From: an uncultured Thermoleophilia bacterium
Lineage (GTDB): Bacteria > Actinomycetota > Thermoleophilia > UBA2241
Direction of reading: 5' to 3'
Assembly: GCA_963848545.1 (NCBI GenBank)
Contig: CAWKEZ010000037.1
Span: forward strand, 1-56,413
Length of the DNA: 56,413 nt
The notes under the pieces were generated by a model. That model had not been told where the DNA came from, made no database searches, and worked only from the letters and a program-made list of their open reading frames with translations. Below are positions 1 to 9,764 of the stretch, in pieces. Positions within the stretch are counted from its first letter, which is position 1. Each line of letters opens with the position of its first letter. Made by a program: the position numbers and the translations under genes.

Positions 1-30
1 CCAGATGTCTTCGGTTGCAGCACTGTCTTG

Positions 31-106
<76 letters not shown>

Positions 107-187
107 CGGCGCGGGCTTCTTCGCCCCTAACGACCGAAGACAGACGACAGAGCACAGCCTCGGCCCTCTGCCCCGGCGACCCGCAAG

Positions 188-264
188 TGGAGCGGGTGAA
201 GGGACTCGAACCCTCGACCTTCTGCATGGCAAGCAGACGCTCTAGCCGACTGAGCTACACCCGC
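188..264 (-). tRNA. tRNA-Gly (anticodon GCC)
   Basis: Reverse complement is GCGGGTGTAGCTCAGTCGGCTAGAGCGTCTGCTTGCCATGCAGAAGGTCGAGGGTTCGAGTCCCTTCACCCGCTCCA. The acceptor stem GCGGGTG/CACCCGC is perfect, the anticodon loop is TTGCCAT, the T-loop is TTCGAGT, and CCA is encoded. Confidence 0.95.
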
Positions 265-275
265 AGCAGAGGCGG

Positions 276-305
276 ATGATAGCAGAGTGGAGGGCGGCGG
301 CGCAA
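276..305 (-). promoter_or_regulatory. candidate promoter for the tRNA-Gly/tRNA-Cys unit
   Basis: On the minus strand: TTGCGC (300..305), an 18-nt spacer, then TATCAT (276..281), about 12 nt upstream of the mature tRNA-Gly 5' end at 264. Hexamer match only. Confidence 0.3.
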
Positions 306-463
306 TTCGAGGAAGGCCGGCGGTCGAAGTCTTCAGCGGCCGCTGCCGGGGCCGGCCGCTGGAGCTGCCGTCAACGCACCAGCCGCGCCCCGCGTTTGTC
401 CGTCCGCTCGATCACAACGAGCGTCGCGAACGATCACCGGCCAGACCTGGGGCCGAGAACCAA

Positions 464-500
464 CCACTGAGTGGGTAGAATTTACCCACTGAGTGGGTAA
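464..500. repeat. two tandem palindromes (CCACTGAGTGG core), probable hairpin terminators
   Basis: CCACTGAGTGGGTA occurs at 464..477 and 486..499. The second copy extends to a perfect 19-nt palindrome, TTACCCACTGAGTGGGTAA (482..500). Centres are 22 bp apart. The repeats start 7 nt after the TAG stop of the RNase H gene (507..509). Confidence 0.6.
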
Positions 501-506
501 TCCTCG

Positions 507-1070
507 CTAGTTCGTCGCGGCGTCGATCGCCTGATTCACGAGGGCGTCGGCGGCAGCGTTCTGCTCGCGGCGCACGTGCCGCACCTCGGTCTCGTGGAAC
601 TGGTGGAGGAGTCGCACGACCTGGCCGTGCATGGCCTTGAGGGTCGCGTCTTTGACCTTGTACTGGCCGTTGACCTGGCGCACCACGAGCTCGCTGTTGA
701 GGAAGACATTGAGGCGCTGCACACCACGGTCGAGCGCTAGCTCGAGGCCGCTCAGCAGCGCCTGGTACTCGGCCACGTTGTTGGTGGCCTCGCCGATGTA
801 GTCGGCGAGCTCGTCGACGACGTCGCCCGCGGCGGTGAGGAGGCGCGCGCCTATCCCGGCAGGGCCAGGATTGCCCCGCGCGCCGCCGTCGGTGTAGAGG
901 TGGTAGCGCTCATCGTCACGGTTGACCGAGTGGACGGCAGACGATGCCTGCGCCGGGGCGGGCCCGGCTGACGGCGCCGCGGCCGCTGCCCCGGCGGCCA
1001 CGCCGGCGGCAACCGTCGCGCCGCCAACCGAAGGCCCGGCCGCGGCCGGCAGCGACGCATCTCGCCACAC
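507..1070 (-). CDS. RNase H (type 1) family protein
   Basis: The C-terminal ~135 aa of the 507..2228 ORF carry RNase HI motifs: YTDGGARGNPGPAGIG, TNNVAEYQALL, NSELVVRQVNGQYKV, REQNAAADALVNQA. The stop is TAG at 507. The start is not fixed: GTG at 1070 is the first in-frame start after the nif3 stop at 1097, and the N-terminal extension is Ala/Gly-rich. Confidence 0.75.
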   Translation of the reverse strand: MWRDASLPAAAGPSVGGATVAAGVAAGAAAAAPSAGPAPAQASSAVHSVNRDDERYHLYTDGGARGNPGPAGIGARLLTAAGDVVDELADYIGEATNNVAEYQALLSGLELALDRGVQRLNVFLNSELVVRQVNGQYKVKDATLKAMHGQVVRLLHQFHETEVRHVRREQNAAADALVNQAIDAATN

Positions 1071-1096
1071 GTGTATGCCAGGCTGACCGAAGGTCT

Positions 1097-2228
1097 CTAC
1101 GCACGCCGGCGCCGCAGGGCATCGGCGAGCGTCTCGCTCCAGCGCAGCATCGCCGCCTGCTCGGTGACGCCGTGCGGCGCGTCGATGAGCGCGAGGCCCT
1201 GAACCTGCGCGCCGCGCGCCTCGTGGTACTTCACGTCGCCGGTCACCAGCACATCGGCCACCTGCGCGACTCCGCGGGCGATGGCCTCGGCGCCCGCGCC
1301 GGGCAGGCAGGCGACGCGCTTCACTAGGCGCTCGCTGTCGCCGGCGTAGCGGACCGACGGCAGGCCGAGCACGGCGGCCACCTCGGCCGCAAGCTCCGCT
1401 AAGGCATGGCGGACGGCAGCTCGCCCAGCCGGCCCAGGCCGATTGTGGCGATCTCGTTTTCCACCGGGTACACGTCAAAGGCCGGCTCCTCGTAGGGATG
1501 CGCAGCAACGTAGGCGCCGGCCACGCGGCAGCGCAGCCGCCGGGGAATATTACCTCGAGGCGCAGCTTGTTGGCGGTCTCGTCGCGGCCGGCACGGCCCA
1601 GCGCGGGGTCTGTGCCCTCGCGTCCGAAGAAGGTGCCCTGGCCCTCGGTGGCCCACGAGCAGTGCTCGTACTCGCCGATCACGCTGGCGCTGGCCGCGAA
1701 CAGGGCCTTGCGCACCAAGTCGGCGTCGTCGGCCGGCACGAAGCCCACCAGCTTGAGCGCGTCGGCGGCGGCCGGCGCCAGCGGCACCAGCGCCTCCAGG
1801 CCGAGCATGCCGGCCACAATGTCGGCCATGCCGCCGTGCGCCTTGTCCAGGTTAGTGTGGGCGGCGATCACGGCTATACCTTGGCGCGCCGCGCGCAGCG
1901 CCAGGCGCCCGGCCTCGCTGTCGTCGCTGAGGCGCTCCAGCGGGTCGAAGATCAGCGGGTGGTGCACCACCAGTAGCCCGCAGCCGAGGCGCATGGCCTC
2001 GTCCAGCGCCACGTCGTCGACCTCCAGGGTGACCAGCACGGCCGGCGTGCCTGCAGCCGACGTGCCTGCGGCCGAGGTGTCGGCGGCGGCGCCTCGGGCG
2101 GCGGCGCCTCCCGGCGCCCCCACTTCCTCGTCGGGCGCCCCCACCTGCAGACCCACGTGGTCCCAGGGCTCGGCCAGGTCGAATGGGGCGAGGCGGTCGA
2201 CCGCTGCGATGACGTCACGTACCAGCAT
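1097..2228 (-). pseudogene. Nif3-like dinuclear metal centre protein (frame disrupted)
   Basis: The N-terminus MLVRDVIAAVDRLAPFDLAEPWDHVGLQVG...VVHHPLIF...IAAHTNLD lies in the frame of ORF 507..2228. The protein continues as AHPYEEPAFDVYPVENE in the ORF 1399..1656 frame. It then continues as VACLPGAGAE...VLVTGDVKYHEARGA...LIDAPHGVTE in the ORF 1097..1381 frame. Frame switches lie near 1545 and 1403. Confidence 0.85.
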
Positions 2229-2279
2229 GGCCGGGATTCTACCCCACGGCGGCCGGCGAAAGGCCGTCGGCGCTCTCGC

Positions 2280-3188
2280 CTACGCGTCCGCCTCGACGCG
2301 GTTGCGGCCGTTCTCCTTGGCCCGGTAGAGGGCCGCATCGGCGCGCTTGAACAGGTCGTCGGCCGTCTCGCCGGGGCGGTACTCGGCCACCCCGGCGCTC
2401 ACCGTGACGCTACCGACCGTGGCGAAGGCGTGCGCCTCTATGCTCGCGCGCATGCGCTCGGCACCCTCGGCCGCGCCCCGATGCTCACGCTGGGAGACAG
2501 CACCACGAACTCCTCGCCGCCCCAGCGCGCCAGGCTGTCGGTGCCGCGCAGTCCCGCACACAGCAGATCGGCAATGCCCGTGAGCACCTGGTCGCCGGCT
2601 TCGTGCCCGTAGGTGTCGTTGACGGCCTTGAAGTGATCGATGTCGAGGATGAACAGCGAGAGCGGCTGAGAGTATCTGTCGCTGCGTCCCAACTCGGCGA
2701 GGGCGAGCTCGTTGAACTTGCGCCGGTTGAACACGCCCGTGAGCACGTCGGTGATGGCCAGCTCCTTGAGCCTGCGAGCGGCCTCCCGCAGATCCTCGTT
2801 GGCACGAGCCAGCTCGGTGCGCGCTTCGTCGAGCGCAATCACCATGCTGTTGAACGCCTCCGAGAAGTCGCCCATGAAGTCGACGCGCTGGCTGAAGTCT
2901 CCGGCCGCCACCCGCTGCGTCTGCCAGGTGAGGTGCCGCAGGGAGGCGTGCAGCGTCTTCAGCGCCCCGGCCACTGCGCCGCGACGGGGCAGTGCCTGCG
3001 CAGGTCGCCTTGAAGAGTGGCCAGCGTGAAACGGTAGAGGCCGGCGAGCTCGTCCAAGGATCGCTCAGCTCGGCGGCGCCCGCCTCGTCCAAGCCGGGCG
3101 GCAGCGGCGCGGGCCGCCCGCTGGTCAAGGTCGCCCGCACGGCCGCCAGAGCCTCCGGCACAGCGGGCGTCTCGGCCCCTTGGCTCAC
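2280..3188 (-). pseudogene. HAMP-GGDEF diguanylate cyclase (frame disrupted)
   Basis: The GTG at 3188 overlaps the V4R stop (GTGA). A HAMP-like segment ([28 protein letters not shown]) and a GGDEF domain ([40 protein letters not shown]) lie in the ORF 2438..2974 frame. The C-terminus (TVSAGVAEY...[16 protein letters not shown]) lies in the ORF 2280..3236 frame. Frame switches lie near 3055, 2975-3000 and 2480. Confidence 0.8.
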
Positions 3189-3708
3189 GCCGCCGCGAGG
3201 TCGGCCGTGAACCGGCATGTACGGTCGCCGGTGCACCAGCAGTCGACCTCCTTCACCACGAAGCGCTTCCCCGTATAGCTTTCCAGAAGCGCGGCGATAA
3301 AGCCTTCGTCGTACACGCAGATGGAGTCGCCCGTCTCGGGCAGCCCGGAGCAGTCGAGATCCTCCGACACGGTTACCACGAAGCGGCCCTTCTCTACATC
3401 GGCCTCCTCAACGCGCAGAATGCCGATGCTCATCTCGCGCAGCACGCGTTGCAGCTCGGCGACGAAGTCTCCGAGGTCGTCGGGGTGCGTGAGGATATGC
3501 TGGGCGAACTCAAAGCCGGCGAGCTTCCCGGCCTAGTAGAAGAGATGGTCGGCCGCCTCAGTGCCGTACTGCTTCTCCAGCACGTCGCGCAAGGTGAACT
3601 GCATGAGCCGTATACTTCGAGGCGCGTCGAGTTGCCCAGATTGGGCCGGCCCCAGCTCATGTCGCCCAGCAGATCCCACGAGAAGGCGTACTTGGCCTTG
3701 CTGCCCAT
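3185..3708 (-). pseudogene. V4R (4-vinyl reductase) domain protein with one frameshift and one in-frame TAG
   Basis: MGSKAKYAFSWDLLGDMSWGRPNLGNSTRLEVY reads from the ATG at 3708. A 1-nt shift at about 3609/3610 gives RLMQFTLRDVLEKQYGTEAADHLFY. TAG (3533..3535) follows, then [45 protein letters not shown]...[14 protein letters not shown]. This is the typical V4R family layout. Confidence 0.75.
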
Positions 3709-3792
3709 CTCAACTCCTTTGTCGCCTGCTCTCTGCTTCCCCGTTGGGCGCAGCACCAAGCGCCGGCAGGTGCGCTTCCGTACACTCCGGCA

Positions 3793-5494
3793 ATGTTTGG
3801 CGGCCCTGACCCATTACCTGCACCGGCGCCGTCGGAGCGCGCCGGATTGGTGCTGCTCGCCGTCTTCCCAGGCGTCTTCATCACGCTTGCCGACACCACC
3901 GTCATGAGCATCGCCGTGCCGCAGATCATCCGCACCCTGACGGCCTCGGTGCTCAGCGTGTCGTGGGTGATGAACGGCTACAACCTGGTGCTCACCGTGC
4001 TGTTTCTCACTATGGGCCGGCTGGCCGACCGCTTCGGCCACAAGCAGCTGTTCCTGGTCGGCCTGGCGGTGTTCACCCTGGCCTCGCTAGGCTGCGCCCG
4101 GGCCGGCGGCATCGACCAGCTCATCGCCTTCCGGGTGCTTCAGGCCACGGGCGCCGCGGCCGTGATCCCCGCCTCTCTCGCCTTGCTCATGCAGGCGTTC
4201 CCGGCCGCGCGGCAGGGCCTTGCGGCCGGGCTGTTCGGAGCGCTCAGCGCCGCGGCGGCGGCCCTTGGTCCGGTGCTCGGCGGCGTGCTGGTGCAGCGCT
4301 GGGGCTGGCCGGCCATCTTCTGGTTCAACCTGCCGGTGGAGCGCTCGGGGTGGTTCTGGCGCTGAGGCTCGTTGTGGAGCCCCGCCGCGCGACCGAGGCC
4401 GGGCTGGACCCGGCGCCGGCCGAGGGAGGGCGCCAAGCGCTGGCGGCGGCGCCGGCCGGCGCGCGACTGGACTGGCCGGGTGTGGGCCTGAGCTGCGCGG
4501 GTCTCTTCTGCCTCACCCTGGCGCTCATCCAGGCCAATACCTGGGGCTGGACGAGCGCCGCCGTGCTAAGCCTGATCGCCGTCGCCGCGGTCTTCGCCGG
4601 CGGTTTCGTTGCGCCGGTGATCTGCGCCGCCCCGAGCCCCTCTTTGACTTGCGACTCTTCCGCAATCGTGCCTTCGCCGCTGCCGGCGCCACCATCATGA
4701 CCGTCGATACCGCGATGATGGGCACCGCGTTCATGCTGGTCATCTTCATGGTCGCGATGATGAATTACTCGGAGACCAAGGCCGGACTCGTGATCGCCGC
4801 CCTGCCGGCCGCGATGTCGCTGCTGACCCCGCTCGCCGGCCGCCTCGCCGACCGTGTCGGCCCGCGGCCGTTAGCCGTCACGGGCGCCCTTCTGGCGGCC
4901 GCGGGCCTCTTTGCGCTTGGCCATCTCGCCCGCAGCGCGGCGGTTGACCAGGTGGTGTGGCGTGCCGCGCTGGTGGGCGCCGGGCTGGGCCTCTCGCTGC
5001 CCGCGCTCACCTCCGCCGGCATGACTGCCGTGCCCAGCGACCGCAGGGGCACCGGCGCCGGCATGCTCAACACCGCCCGCCAGCTCGGCTTTCTGGCCGG
5101 CGTGGCCATCCTGGTGGCTGTGTTCGCGCACACCATGCACTCCGCCATGAACCGCTCCACCGACCAGGCTCAAGCGCTGACCAGGGCTCAAACTGCCCTC
5201 TCGCCGCCCGTGAGGCGCGACATCGTCGCGGCCCTGAACAAAGCCCGCACGATCGATGCCACCGCCGGCATGAGCGAGATCCGCAAGATTGCCCACCCTT
5301 TGGCGGCCGTCATCGCGCCACGGGTAGGCTTCGTCGAAGGACTCGCCCTGCTGCAGCTCAAGGACCGCCTGGAGGCGATCTTCGGGGATCAGGTGTCGGC
5401 GGCCTTTCGCTGGCCGTTCAACACGGCGGGGCTGGCCGCGCTGCTGGGGGCCGCCGCCGGGGCGCTGTTGCCGGGACGGCTTCGCGGGCGATAG
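3793..5494 (+). pseudogene. MFS transporter, DHA2 (EmrB/QacA)-like (frame disrupted)
   Basis: Three ORF fragments (3793..4365, 3963..4700, 4220..5494) join into one 14-TMS-type MFS protein. Motifs include LADTTVMSIAVPQI, GRLADRFGHKQLFLVGL, FRVLQATGAAAVIP, LFRNRAF and GRLADRVGPRPL. Frame switches lie near 4335 and 4610-4635. Confidence 0.8.
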
Positions 5495-5619
5495 GTGGCG
5501 CGCGGCCTGGCCCTACGACCGGCGGCCCGACCAGCAGCCGGCGCCCGGACATCGCGGCCGGACCCTGCTGGCCGGACCCTGCGGCCGGACGCCCGGAGTG
5601 CTGCCTTGTGGCTCGCCAA

Positions 5620-6301
5620 TCAGAACGTGAAGCCCAGCTCGAACTGTTCCAGGGTCTCATCGAACAGCCGGATGTAGTCTACCGGCGGTTCAAGGGCGGT
5701 GAAGTACACGCCGCCGAGCGCCCCCACGAAGGCGCCGGCGAAGGTGCGTACCGCGATGTCGTCTGCCGGGGCGGCCGGCACGCTTGCCGACCATCTCGGC
5801 GATAAGCCCATGCCGTTGACGAACTCGTCCATCATGCGGGCGCGCAGCTCGGGCACCTCGCGGACCAAGTCTTGGCGCTCCTGCTCGCGGGCAAGCTCCT
5901 CGGGCGACATCTGCGCATATACCTCGTGAATGGCGCGGCGCAAGGCAGCGATGAATCCCAACTCGGGCGGTTGCTGGGCCAAGAGCCGAGAACATGAGCG
6001 GGTCGGTGGCGTCGAAGAGCACCACGTCTTCCTTGGACGGGAAGTAGCGGAAGAAGGTGCTCGGCGAGACCTCGGCCGCGGCGGCGATCTGCTCCACTGT
6101 GGTCGCGTCGTAGCCCTGCTCGCGGAAGAGCCGCAGGGCGTGTTCCTGAATCGTCGCGCGCGTCTTGATCTTCTTGCGCTCGCGCAGCCCCAGGGGAGTG
6201 CGCGAGGATGCCACCAGTGGCTCCCTCGGGCGTCCGGACGATGGTTCTGGCGGCGTCCTCGGGCGTGCGGACGATGGTTCTCGCGGCGACGACGGTTTCA
6301 T
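5620..6301 (-). pseudogene. TetR/AcrR family regulator (frame disrupted)
   Basis: The HTH region [54 protein letters not shown] lies in the ORF 5690..6301 frame. The C-terminal ligand domain lies in the ORF 5620..5982 frame. The switch is near 5975, with a possible compensating pair near 5780-5810. The N-terminus carries a 33-bp tandem repeat. Confidence 0.75.
6224..6289. repeat. 33-bp tandem duplication inside the TetR N-terminus
   Basis: The units are cctcgggcgtccggacgatggttctggcggcgt (6224..6256) and cctcgggcgtgcggacgatggttctcgcggcga (6257..6289), 30/33 identical. They encode the repeated SS(A/G)RPR(T/E)PPEP segment. Confidence 0.9.
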
Positions 6302-6349
6302 GAACCCGATTCTGACCCCTCCAGCGCGGGTTCCGCAAGGTCGGGGCCG

Positions 6350-7105
6350 TCACGGTACCGTCTTGGCCGCCGCATCGTCTCGCCAGCACGACAACCTGCA
6401 GCGTGCGCGAAGTGCACGAGCCGCCGGCGCGGCCTGAGCGGGACCGTCGATACGGTGAGCGGAATCGCCTACTGGCGGTGCCCAGTTGCTAATACACTGA
6501 ACGTCCGCGCGCAACAGCCGGTCGGCCAGGGCCGCCACCGCCGCGTGGTGGTCGTACCACGTGGCCCACACGGCGTTCGCCCACTCCCGCACGGCGGTGG
6601 CGTGACCGGCCACCGAGCCGGCGCGAGCTCCCGCGCGAGCGACGTCGAGCACGGTGAGCGTGGCCGGGCTTGGTGTGGCCTGACCGGCCGCGGCCCGACC
6701 GGTCGCGGGAGCAAATTCGGGCCACGCGGCGGTCGGCTTGCCCATGAGCTGGTGTGCCTTCCGCACGCCGGTGCCCAACACACCTCGCTCGAGAGCCAGG
6801 TACAGCCCCACCAGGGAGTAGGCTACGTAGATCCGGGGGGTGGGCTCGCCGGCGTGCGCACCGTAGGCGTCAACGGTGAGCTGATGACAGCTGCGCACCA
6901 GGCCGGGGTGCGCCATCTCGAACCCCACCACCTCATCGCGCACCTGCGTGCACTCGGGGGAGGCGTTGAGCTTGCGCGTCGGCCGCCAGCCCGAGGCTGT
7001 GAGCACGAGGCCGCATCCCGGGCAGGTGATGAACTCGGTGGTCTCTGGCCGCTCCGCCACTCGCCGCTCCACCATGCGCTCCGCCACTCGTCGCTCCGCC
7101 GTCAC
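6350..7105 (-). CDS. hypothetical protein (N-terminal CPGC motif; loosely resembles the DUF5946 family)
   Basis: Intact 251-aa ORF. Its GTG start at 7105 overlaps the stop of the upstream GGDEF gene (GTGA). Coding-like composition. The family name rests on memory of the motif pattern CPGCG...DAYG.H only. Confidence 0.5.
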   Translation of the reverse strand: MTAERRVAERMVERRVAERPETTEFITCPGCGLVLTASGWRPTRKLNASPECTQVRDEVVGFEMAHPGLVRSCHQLTVDAYGAHAGEPTPRIYVAYSLVGLYLALERGVLGTGVRKAHQLMGKPTAAWPEFAPATGRAAAGQATPSPATLTVLDVARAGARAGSVAGHATAVREWANAVWATWYDHHAAVAALADRLLRADVQCISNWAPPVGDSAHRIDGPAQAAPAARALRARCRLSCWRDDAAAKTVP

Positions 7106-9577
7106 CCGCCGTCGAGAGCGCTCTCGCCGTACACGCAGGTCCGGTTCTTGCCCGCCCGTTTGGCCTCGTAGAGGGCCTTGTCGGAGTTCGAGATCAGCTC
7201 GCCGCCCGAGGCGCCGTGCGCAGGGTACGAGGCGACGCCGATGCTCACCGTCACCTGCACGGCGGCGTGCCCATCTTCGCCCTCGAACCGCTGGCCGGCC
7301 ATGGCGCCGCGGATCTGCTCGGCGACCGCCGCGCCGCTGCGCTGGGCAACGCCGACCGCTTGGCGCAGGCGGCCGGCCAGACTCCGGGCGCCGGCCGCCG
7401 CCGTGTTGGGCAGCACCAAGACGAACTCCTCACCGCCGTACCGTGCCACCAGATCGACCTTGTCGCGAGAGCCACTCCGCAGTATCTGCGCCAGCACCCT
7501 CAGCAGGTCGTCGCCTCGCGGATGGCCGTAGCGGTCGTTGAACTGCTTGAAATCGTCTATGTCGAGCATCAGCACGGAGAGCGGCATGCCGAACCGCTGC
7601 GCCTTGGCGACTTCATCGTCGAGGCGATCAAGCACATAGGTGTGGTTGTAGAGGCCGGTGAGACCGTCGCTGCGCGCCTGCTCGGCGAGGCGCTCGTTGA
7701 GACGCCGCAGCTCAACGTCGGCGGCCGCCTTGTCGGCGAACACCTCGATCTGGTGCACCACGTCTTCGCTAGGCAAGCGCCGGTCCAGTGGGTCGTACGC
7801 CTCGAGGTAGCCGATCAGGTCGCCATGCTCGCCCACCATCGGCACAAACAGGCAGTCGAGCGGATGCCACTCACCCCTCAGCGCGGTCGCCGAGATCGTC
7901 GGGTGGCAGCACGGCGAGCTCTCGGTTGGTCCAGCGGTGATTGCGGTGATCGACGAAGTACGAGGCCGAGATGCGCGTGGCATCGTCGAGAAGGCTGCGC
8001 AGCATCGCGGCCGGCACCACCAGGCCGTCGTAGTGCTCGTCGTCGTCGTCGTTGCGGTTGGGCCCGGAGCGGCTGACCACGCGAAAGATGTCGGCGTCGG
8101 CGCCGGCCTCGTGCAGATAGACGAGCGCCTTGTTGAAGGCCAGCGCCTCGGTCACCACCCTCCCCACCAGGCCGAAGAGCTCGTCCTCGCCGGTCAGGCC
8201 GCGCATCTGTGTCGATAGGTCGACGAGCGCCGTGAGCGTGCGGTTGCGCCGCGCGATGCGCTCGCGCTCGTGACGCACGCGGGCAAAGGCGCGAGCGGTC
8301 TCGATGGCGGCGGCCGACTGAGCGGCAATGGTGGTGGCCAGCCGCAAGTCTTCCTCGCCGAAGCGCCGGAACTCGCGCACCTCACCGGCATACAGCAGGC
8401 CGACTACCTCGCCACCGTAGGCCATGGGCACATAGAGCTGGCACAGGTCGCCGCAACGTCGCATGTCGGCCATGTCGCCCGGCAGCAGGGTTCCGTCGTC
8501 GCCATACAGCGACGTGACCCGGTTCTGCTGCACGGCATCGCCCATGGCGGGCACATCGGCCAGCGAGACCAGCGGCTGCCACAGGCTCGATTCCTTCTCC
8601 ACGCAGGAGTGCGCCGCCAGCCTGAGCAGGCCGGCATCGGCGTCGTAGTCGTAGGCGGCGCACCAGTACACGCCCAAGGCCTCCATGAGCGTGCCCGCCA
8701 CCAGTGAGAGCACGGCGGCCACATCAATCGCCGACGTGAGCGCCGCGGCTATCTTGAGCAGTGCCTCGAGCTCTCGGTTGCGGCGTTGCGCCACCTCGTA
8801 CAGATCGGTGTTGTGCGCCGTGAACGCGTTGGCACGTTCCACCGCCCTCTCCAGGTCGCGGTTGGCGGCCTCGGTTTGCTCCTTCGCCGCGCGAAGGGCC
8901 TCCTCGGCCTGCTTGCGGTCCGAGATGTCGCGCGCGAAGGCGAAGTTGTACTCCTGGCCGTTGTGCTCGACGTAGTTGGCCACGATCTCAAGCGGAAAAA
9001 CGTCGCCATCCTTGGTATGGTGCACGGTCTCAAAGACGGCCGAGCCCCGCTGCTTGATGTCAGCCCAGTGCTGCCGCCACGCCTCCGGGGTTAGCCGTGG
9101 GTCGAGGTCGAAGACAGTCATGGCCAGCATCTCTTCTCGCGAGTAGCCGTGCCGGTGGCAGTTGGAGTCGCTCACGTACAGCAGGCGCCCGTCGGGCGTG
9201 ATCCAGTGGATCAGATCGGCCGCCCGATCCACCGAGAGCTGTGTGAGGCGCAGGGCGTCTTCCGCCTTCTTGCCCTCGGTAACGTCGAGCGCGTACACGA
9301 GCACTCGCTCGCGGTCGGGGCTCACGTGGGTGCGGCCGTGGTAGGTGTGGCCGCCGATCTCGACCTCATAGGAATCGTGCGCGACGTCGGCAGACACGCC
9401 GCGATCGTCTGGCAGGAAGGCACGGAGGTCGTCGATTCCGCTCGCCGCGGCCGCCGCGAGGGCCGCGGGATTGGCGTAGAGAAGCTCGCCGGCGACGGCG
9501 AACGCGAGAAACGGCCAGGGACTCGTGTCGCCCAGAAGCGAGATGCGCGCCAGCTCCTCGGCGGTCAGCTCGCTCAT
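7102..9577 (-). pseudogene. PAS-PAS-GAF-GAF-GGDEF sensor diguanylate cyclase (one frame switch)
   Basis: ORF 7871..9643 holds PAS-like modules (LIHWITPDGRLLYVSDSNCHRHGYSREEM, FETVHHTKDGDVFPLE), a coiled linker and two GAF-like modules. ORF 7102..7983 holds the GGDEF domain (GLTGLYNHTY, LDIDDFKQFNDRYGHPRGD, ARYGGEEFVLVL, SDKALYEAKRAGKNR). The switch is near 7890. The start is ATG 9577 or TTG 9643. Confidence 0.85.
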
Positions 9578-9764
9578 CGGCCGTCCCCGCCTTGTGCTGC
9601 TCTTGCCAGGCTCATATTCGCTCTCGTCCGCCGGTGCGCGCAAAGACCCCGGTCCGATGCTGGGCGCCTCCTAATTATCGGCACCCTGAGCATCTGAATA
9701 AACGTGAGCAGCGCGCACTCGGCAGGCGAGCACGCTACGCCGGTCTCGTCAGGCGCCGCCTACT

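Noticed and set aside
507-2228. The 573-aa ORF looks like a single Nif3-RNase H fusion protein.
   Set aside because: The middle ~250 aa are Arg/Ala/Pro/Gly-rich, typical of an out-of-frame GC-rich read-through. The real Nif3 C-terminal motifs (AHPYEEPAFDVYP, VLVTGDVKYHEA, IDAPHGVTE) lie in two other frames and end at a TAG at 1097. These are therefore two genes, Nif3 (disrupted) and RNase H.
3533-3535. The in-frame TAG might be a pyrrolysine codon, given the MttB-family genes in the same window.
   Set aside because: The TAG is in a V4R gene, not in an MttB gene. Both MttB genes lack in-frame TAG. No pylT/pylS/pylBCD genes are present. TAG is used as an ordinary stop by neighbouring genes (stops at 507, 1097 and 12402).
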